Source: an uncultured Bifidobacterium sp.
GTDB lineage: Bacteria; Actinomycetota; Acidimicrobiia; Acidimicrobiales; Acidimicrobilacustridaceae
Direction: 5' to 3'
NCBI GenBank assembly: GCA_964454715.1
Contig: CAYVUO010000002.1
Coordinates: forward strand, 5,599-55,572
Length of the DNA: 49,974 nucleotides
The stretch's first letter is position 1. The number at the start of each line of letters is the position of its first letter. The notes beneath the pieces were generated by a model. That model was given only the letters and a program-made list of their open reading frames with translations, searched no databases and was not told the DNA's origin. Below, piece after piece: positions 46,001-49,974 of the stretch. A program made the position numbers and the translations under genes.

Positions 46001-47545
46001 CTGACGAAGGAGGTTGCCCGAGCCGGGCTCGTACTCATAGGTCTCGGCCAGACCGGCGGCGTCGGTCACCGAGAGCACGCGCCACGAGGTCGGGTCGTAG
46101 ATCACGCTCGAGAGCACGCCACCGAACGCGGAGTCGATGACGTCGGTACTGCGAATGCCGTTGCGCTGGTAGGTGCGCGTGTCGTTCGCCGCACCGATCG
46201 ACGGTGCGGGTGCCGTGATCGACGCGACTCGTCCGAGATCGTCGTACTTCACCGTCGTGAGGTAGGTCGGGTCATCGGCAGGAACGAGTCCGGCTGCCGC
46301 CGCTGCAGCCACCAGGGGCGAGCGCACGTTGACGAGACGACCGATGGAGTCATACGCGAAGTCCGTCACGTCGGCGCCGGAACCCTTCGCATCGGGATTG
46401 TCGACGAGTCGGCCTATCTGCACCGACCCATCCGGCATCGATACGTACGAGATCGACGCAGCCGAACCGTCCCAGAAGTTCACGCGGCAGACCAGGTCGG
46501 TGGGAGCGGCGACGAACCCGGGCGCCACCGAACCGCACTTGCCACCTCCGTACTCGAACGTGACGGAACGCTTGGACACGGGATCATCGATCGAGCGCAA
46601 CAGACCGCCCGACCACTTCTGTCCGAGAACGGCTCGTTCGGCACCCGTGACACTCACGAGGTCGGAGACGCCCTCCGCACTCGGTGCCGAGAAGACCGAA
46701 CTCGACTGCTTGTCGAGCACTGTGAACGTGCCGTCGGCGTTCGCGGTGAGCACCGCCGCCGTACCCGTGACGCGGAGCTGACCGGAGAGCGGCACCGGCT
46801 CATAGGTTCCACCAGCGGCAGGTCGGTACGTCGTCACCGAACCATCGAGGGCCTCGAGCGCGAGGGAACGATCCTCGCGGGTGAGCAGTCTCGAGTACGG
46901 GCTGCTCGATGCGACCTGCAGGTCCCAACCGAGCGGGACTCCGGCCTCCGCTGCCTTCGCGGTGTCGAACACGAGACCGAATCCGACCTGACCCGCCGAC
47001 GAGTTCATCGCATGCGATGACCAACTCACCGACGCTGCTCCCGAGGCCAGGCCCGTGGTGACGCCGCCGATCGAGTCGGTCGGCTGCACCCCCGACTCGG
47101 TGAGATCGACCGCGAACGTGCCGCCGCGCACCGCCCCCGACGCGTCGGTGCCAGTCCACGTGTAGACCGAACCGTTGCGGAGCCCGGCGCCCTGCGGCAC
47201 GCGCACGCTGTCGCCGTTCGCGGTGTAGGAGCGGGAGAAGCCCTCGGAGCCACTCGACAGATCGCGGATGACGAACTTCACGCCACCCGTCGCACCGGGC
47301 ACGCGGAGTGTGGGAGACACCGATGTCGACCGGCCGACATCGGGAGTGATGATCGTGCCCGGGAACACCGGGGTGCGGATGTCGTCGGCCGGAACGACCG
47401 GACCGGCGGGCAACGCGGCGAGCTGTGTGGGATCACCTAGAGAGCCGGACGCGCCACGGAACGTCGTCGAGCTCCCCGAACACGCAGTGGCGAGCAGCGT
47501 GACCACCAGAGCAGGGATGGCCAACCTGATGAGACGAACATGCAT
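43043..47545 (-). CDS. Lipoprotein-anchored RHS/YD-repeat protein with PA14 domain
   Basis: Lipobox LATAC; many YD repeats; PA14-like GLDVSYW...WSARMTG; RHS core MGERVY.PALGRFLQLDP...DPVNLFDPTG. Confidence 0.92.
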   Translation of the reverse strand: MHVRLIRLAIPALVVTLLATACSGSSTTFRGASGSLGDPTQLAALPAGPVVPADDIRTPVFPGTIITPDVGRSTSVSPTLRVPGATGGVKFVIRDLSSGSEGFSRSYTANGDSVRVPQGAGLRNGSVYTWTGTDASGAVRGGTFAVDLTESGVQPTDSIGGVTTGLASGAASVSWSSHAMNSSAGQVGFGLVFDTAKAAEAGVPLGWDLQVASSSPYSRLLTREDRSLALEALDGSVTTYRPAAGGTYEPVPLSGQLRVTGTAAVLTANADGTFTVLDKQSSSVFSAPSAEGVSDLVSVTGAERAVLGQKWSGGLLRSIDDPVSKRSVTFEYGGGKCGSVAPGFVAAPTDLVCRVNFWDGSAASISYVSMPDGSVQIGRLVDNPDAKGSGADVTDFAYDSIGRLVNVRSPLVAAAAAAGLVPADDPTYLTTVKYDDLGRVASITAPAPSIGAANDTRTYQRNGIRSTDVIDSAFGGVLSSVIYDPTSWRVLSVTDAAGLAETYEYEPGSGNLLRQVDRNGNVTTRTYRDGRLTEVRGPTEGSLAVDATVTRYGYDQTFDGAPDGRDITGLDVSYWASSDWTGGVVRTETGPTIAGVTVPSLTVNWPSSPVGSDRWSARMTGVFSVSNEGTYAFASANSTAKLWVDSVECSGSGCAALPMSAGLHNLRIDVSSTSSDAAMSITWSGPDTGGSPTSIPTSQVFPQYGLITTTRSNDQVAPGVDPVDTVTHTVYERPSTGQVAERRSQGGGVSKLAYEQKVGTGGQWGRQTSAAMPSGTTIPITYWGDTESAKSACPESVSANQGGLARSSAYPGSDGGSGPVGQTWFDAAGRVVASRFGDGATSCTYYDRAGRVAKTVRLGMGRPESTTVTYGVDGNPLVAETTITTGNDVATTRTELDFAGRVVATTDRFGVATRNTYDARTGKLATSTVTAPGAAPIVTTTEYGADARMARVLVDGTLAATMNYNADGTVGSVAYGNGTTATLGYDASNRASSITWRTSDGHTVSSTRSIASGGRILSATSSLDGTTSRYDYTYDDARHLSSATLSAGLTDAHAWSFTYDANGNRLSQTRDGQRLTYTYDDADRLVTSTDPAVAGQVSYDSRGNATKVGPDSFTYDAADGLVSATDGALTVTFERDATGSVISRTLRDAAGESTTQYASGGLVLDGSGRPILAQIPLPGGVTIERSLTSPDRTQWAYDDLSANRLFATTSSGALVGPVRVYDPFGTPLTVAAAVQPDGARDLAWQASFGHETQPLRTPFIVMGERVYMPALGRFLQLDPKIGGSTNGYDFVSQDPVNLFDPTGQSLGDWIAMLAVAVVSVIAAPLTGGGSVLAGMAIGFVVGAAGYLIEYGIKASIDGNTEFSFTQMAISAGLGAVFGAFGAGAFGKRAAESVETSVTSSAGRAASSQTTAVVSDVKATTFTVNHLSGESRAIWMRDLTIAEAEVREATANVANVVKDKFFHEALAKNGLDMAAARFERIAAADPDMYWALRESLLYPPR

Positions 47546-47630
47546 GGGTGAAGCTGCCCTCCCGCGATCGAACGCGATCACAGTACCCGCACGACCCAGC
47601 CGTTCCTTCGCGGGCCGGTGTCCCGGAACC

Positions 47631-48620
47631 TCAGCTCGATCGCACCCGCTCGTGGGTGGGCGTGGCGAGGTGAGGGATGAACCACCACGACTGTGCAATG
47701 CCCGGCCCGCCCGCGGTGACGATCCAGACGTTGTCAGGTGACGCGAGGGTGACGCGCTGATCCCACTTCCCCACGGTGTCGGCGTTCAACCGCGGATGCA
47801 TCCACTCGGCGATCGACTCCTTCGTCCAACCCTCGTCGACGAGCCGGCGGTAGTGCTCGGGTCCGATCACCAATACGACGCTGCGGCCGTCTCCGGCCCA
47901 ATCGTCACGTTGCAGGCCCGTGTGGCGTGCGACCTCGACCGCGCTCGAGAGGATCTCGTGCGGTTCGGGTGAGAAGTCGGTCACCTGGAACAGCCGCATG
48001 ATCGACTGGATCGTCACGACGCTGTCGTCACGCTCGTAGCCGAGCTTCACGTGCAATGGCGTCCATGCCGTCGCCTCCTCGTCCTCGGCGAAGCAGAACG
48101 AATAGCGAAGTGGCCAACTGAAACTCGCTCGATCGAGCACACCGGGCACGGTGCGACACACGTTGCGGATGACCAGCCGGAGCGCGCGTCCGATGGTGGC
48201 GTTGGCGCGGAAGCCCGGGCCGAAGCAGGCCTGGCCACCATGGATGCCCAATTCATGTCGGACGGGACCATTCACGATCACGGCGTGGGCAGCGCCGGCC
48301 AGTGTGGCCGTCGTCGAATGCGCGTTGGCCGACGGTTGGAGGAACGCGCGCACCGCGGAGAGGACGACCGGGAAGTACTCAGGCCGACAACCGGCCATGA
48401 CCGCGTTGATGGCGACCTTCTCCGCCGTGACCACGACGTCACGGGTCGGCACCGACCCGAGCACTTCCTCGGGCGCAGCATCTCCGGCAGCGAGCATGGC
48501 CTCGACCCTGTCCGGAGTCGGAGGCACGACCGGCAATCCATCGGTCACACCGAGTTCGAACTGCCCCTCGAGAGCGTCGGCGAACGAATCGAATTCGTGC
48601 TCCGAGGACGAGAAGGTCAT
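47631..48620 (-). CDS. Conserved hypothetical protein, partner of UGSC-family proteins
   Basis: TDGLPVVPPT, VAINAVMAGC.PEY and ANATIGRA motifs; coupled to the upstream gene. Confidence 0.8.
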   Translation of the reverse strand: MTFSSSEHEFDSFADALEGQFELGVTDGLPVVPPTPDRVEAMLAAGDAAPEEVLGSVPTRDVVVTAEKVAINAVMAGCRPEYFPVVLSAVRAFLQPSANAHSTTATLAGAAHAVIVNGPVRHELGIHGGQACFGPGFRANATIGRALRLVIRNVCRTVPGVLDRASFSWPLRYSFCFAEDEEATAWTPLHVKLGYERDDSVVTIQSIMRLFQVTDFSPEPHEILSSAVEVARHTGLQRDDWAGDGRSVVLVIGPEHYRRLVDEGWTKESIAEWMHPRLNADTVGKWDQRVTLASPDNVWIVTAGGPGIAQSWWFIPHLATPTHERVRSS

Positions 48621-49153
48621 CGCGTGAGTCGCAGGCGTACGGCGTCGATCACCTGCGCCGCGAGTTCCATCGCCTCGTCCTTCGTCCACATCGCCGTCGG
48701 ATTGTGCGGATAGTCGATGACGATGACGGGGTAGTCGTCGGCACCCACGAGACGCGCCATCGCGCGCACCGCAGGTTCGAGCGCCGAGTGGACGATGCAC
48801 ACCGCCGGGATTCCCGCGGCCTCGAGATCGAGTGCATCGCGCATGCTGCGCGTGCTGCACGAACCACAACCGCCAAAGCCGGTGACTGCGACCGTTGCGG
48901 CGCCGAGGAGTTCACTCCACTGCTCGGGCGACGGAGGAACAGCCACACTGTGCTTCACGACCTTGACCACATCGGCGAGGCCATCGGCATCGCGCAACGC
49001 GTCGGAGATCGCGTCGAACATGATCTCGCTGTCGCCCAATCCGTTGGCCACGACTCCGAGCACCTGACCGCGCAGCGTCTCCGGCCGCGGAGCGAGCGGG
49101 AACTCGGCTCCCTCGCCGAATCCGGTCGTCGGATCGAGTGTCACGACGGTCAT
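48617..49153 (-). CDS. UGSC-family (seleno)protein, cysteine form (CGSC)
   Basis: LDPT, LAPRP.TL.G, GGCGSCS...D...LE..GIP motifs. Confidence 0.82.
   Translation of the reverse strand: MTVVTLDPTTGFGEGAEFPLAPRPETLRGQVLGVVANGLGDSEIMFDAISDALRDADGLADVVKVVKHSVAVPPSPEQWSELLGAATVAVTGFGGCGSCSTRSMRDALDLEAAGIPAVCIVHSALEPAVRAMARLVGADDYPVIVIDYPHNPTAMWTKDEAMELAAQVIDAVRLRLTR
48832..48860 (-). other. SECIS-like hairpin downstream of the CGSC TGT codon
   Basis: GUGCA-gca-CGCGCA-GCA-UGCGCG-a-UGCAC; G-initiated apical loop starts 19 nt after codon 48866-48868. Confidence 0.45.
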
Positions 49154-49293
49154 GGCGACCCCCTTCCATCGGCACCCCCCGGTGACGACACCCGAGACGC
49201 TACCGCCCGCTCCCCCTGCGGCGCCGGGAGCCCTCGGCACGCCCAGAGGGCGCGTGCAATGATCTGCCCACCAGAGCCGATCCAGGGGGAACC

Positions 49294-49974
49294 ATGGCTG
49301 TCAGCGACATCGACTACGACGCGCTCCGCGCCCGCTACGAGGCCGAACGGGCCAAGCGCATCCGCCCCGACGGTGTGGGGCAGTACCAGGAACTCAAGGG
49401 AATGCATGAGGCGTTCGATCGCGACCCGTTCGCCGATCCGAACTTCTCCCGTGAGCCCATCACGGGCGAGACCGAGGTCGTCATCGTGGGTGGTGGCTTC
49501 GGCGGCATGCTGGCGGCGGTCAACCTGACCGAGCTCGGCATCACCGACTTCCGCATCGTCGAGAAGGCGGGCGACTTCGGCGGCACTTGGTACTGGAACC
49601 GCTACCCCGGCTGCATGTGCGATGTGGAGTCGTACACCTATCTCCCCCTGCTCGAGGAGACCGGCTACATGCCGACGATGCGCTACGCGAGCGCTCCCGA
49701 GATCTTCGCCTACTGCCAGTCGATCGGTCGACAGTGGAACCTCTACGAGCGTGCGCTGTTCCAGACCGAGATCATCGACGCCGCGTGGGACGACGAGAGC
49801 GGTCGTTGGAAGTTGAGGACGACGCGTGGTGACGACCTCTCGGCGAAGTACCTCGTGGTCGCCGGCGGCATCCTGCACAAGGCGAAGCTGCCCGGCATCC
49901 CCGGCATCGAGAAGTTCAAGGGACACACGTTCCACACCAGCCGCTGGGACTACGACTACACCGGTGGCGCTCCC
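49294..49974 (+). CDS. Baeyer-Villiger-type flavin monooxygenase (3' end outside window)
   Basis: Manual translation: [20 protein letters not shown] and the [15 protein letters not shown] fingerprint. Confidence 0.93.
   Translation, partial: MAVSDIDYDALRARYEAERAKRIRPDGVGQYQELKGMHEAFDRDPFADPNFSREPITGETEVVIVGGGFGGMLAAVNLTELGITDFRIVEKAGDFGGTWYWNRYPGCMCDVESYTYLPLLEETGYMPTMRYASAPEIFAYCQSIGRQWNLYERALFQTEIIDAAWDDESGRWKLRTTRGDDLSAKYLVVAGGILHKAKLPGIPGIEKFKGHTFHTSRWDYDYTGGAP

Noticed and set aside
43043-47698. RHS gene as a mobile element, and the 1551-aa start at 47698
   Set aside because: No integrase, terminal repeats or target duplication seen; ATG 47545 gives a proper lipoprotein signal and avoids overlap with the upstream gene.
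1-49974. CRISPR arrays, tRNA/rRNA, transposases, defence systems
   Set aside because: No regularly spaced repeats or such motifs seen; intergenic spaces are nearly all under 150 nt.

Overview
High-GC actinobacterial-type window (gene content suggests Acidimicrobiia; inference) with about 47 densely packed genes. No rRNA, tRNA, CRISPR array, IS or phage genes were recognised. Most of it encodes lipid/aromatic/steroid-type catabolism: hotdog thioesterases, two acyl-CoA ligases, two acyl-CoA dehydrogenases, three crotonase-family proteins, a CoA-transferase, three amidohydrolases, a Rieske oxygenase with a PaaX-family regulator, two P450s, SDRs, TauD/TauE, an F420-type PPOX protein and a BVMO, plus two regulator-MFS efflux units. 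The 33.6-47.5 kb part is a surface/secreted-protein region: a GT-C-like membrane protein, a membrane-anchored lipase-like protein, a DUF11/IPT adhesin-like protein ending in PKFAG, and a lipoprotein-PA14-RHS protein with no immunity gene. The strongest leads are (1) a Cys-containing UGSC-family gene whose TGT codon is still followed by a SECIS-like hairpin, coupled to a conserved partner gene; (2) the orphan lipid-anchored RHS protein; (3) a possible TM-less PxF[TA]G C-terminal sorting signal; (4) a small Thr-rich secreted peptide plus di-heme cytochrome b unit behind phased direct repeats; (5) an uncharacterised 11-gene CoA-dependent pathway. All family calls come from motif recognition by eye, not database searches.
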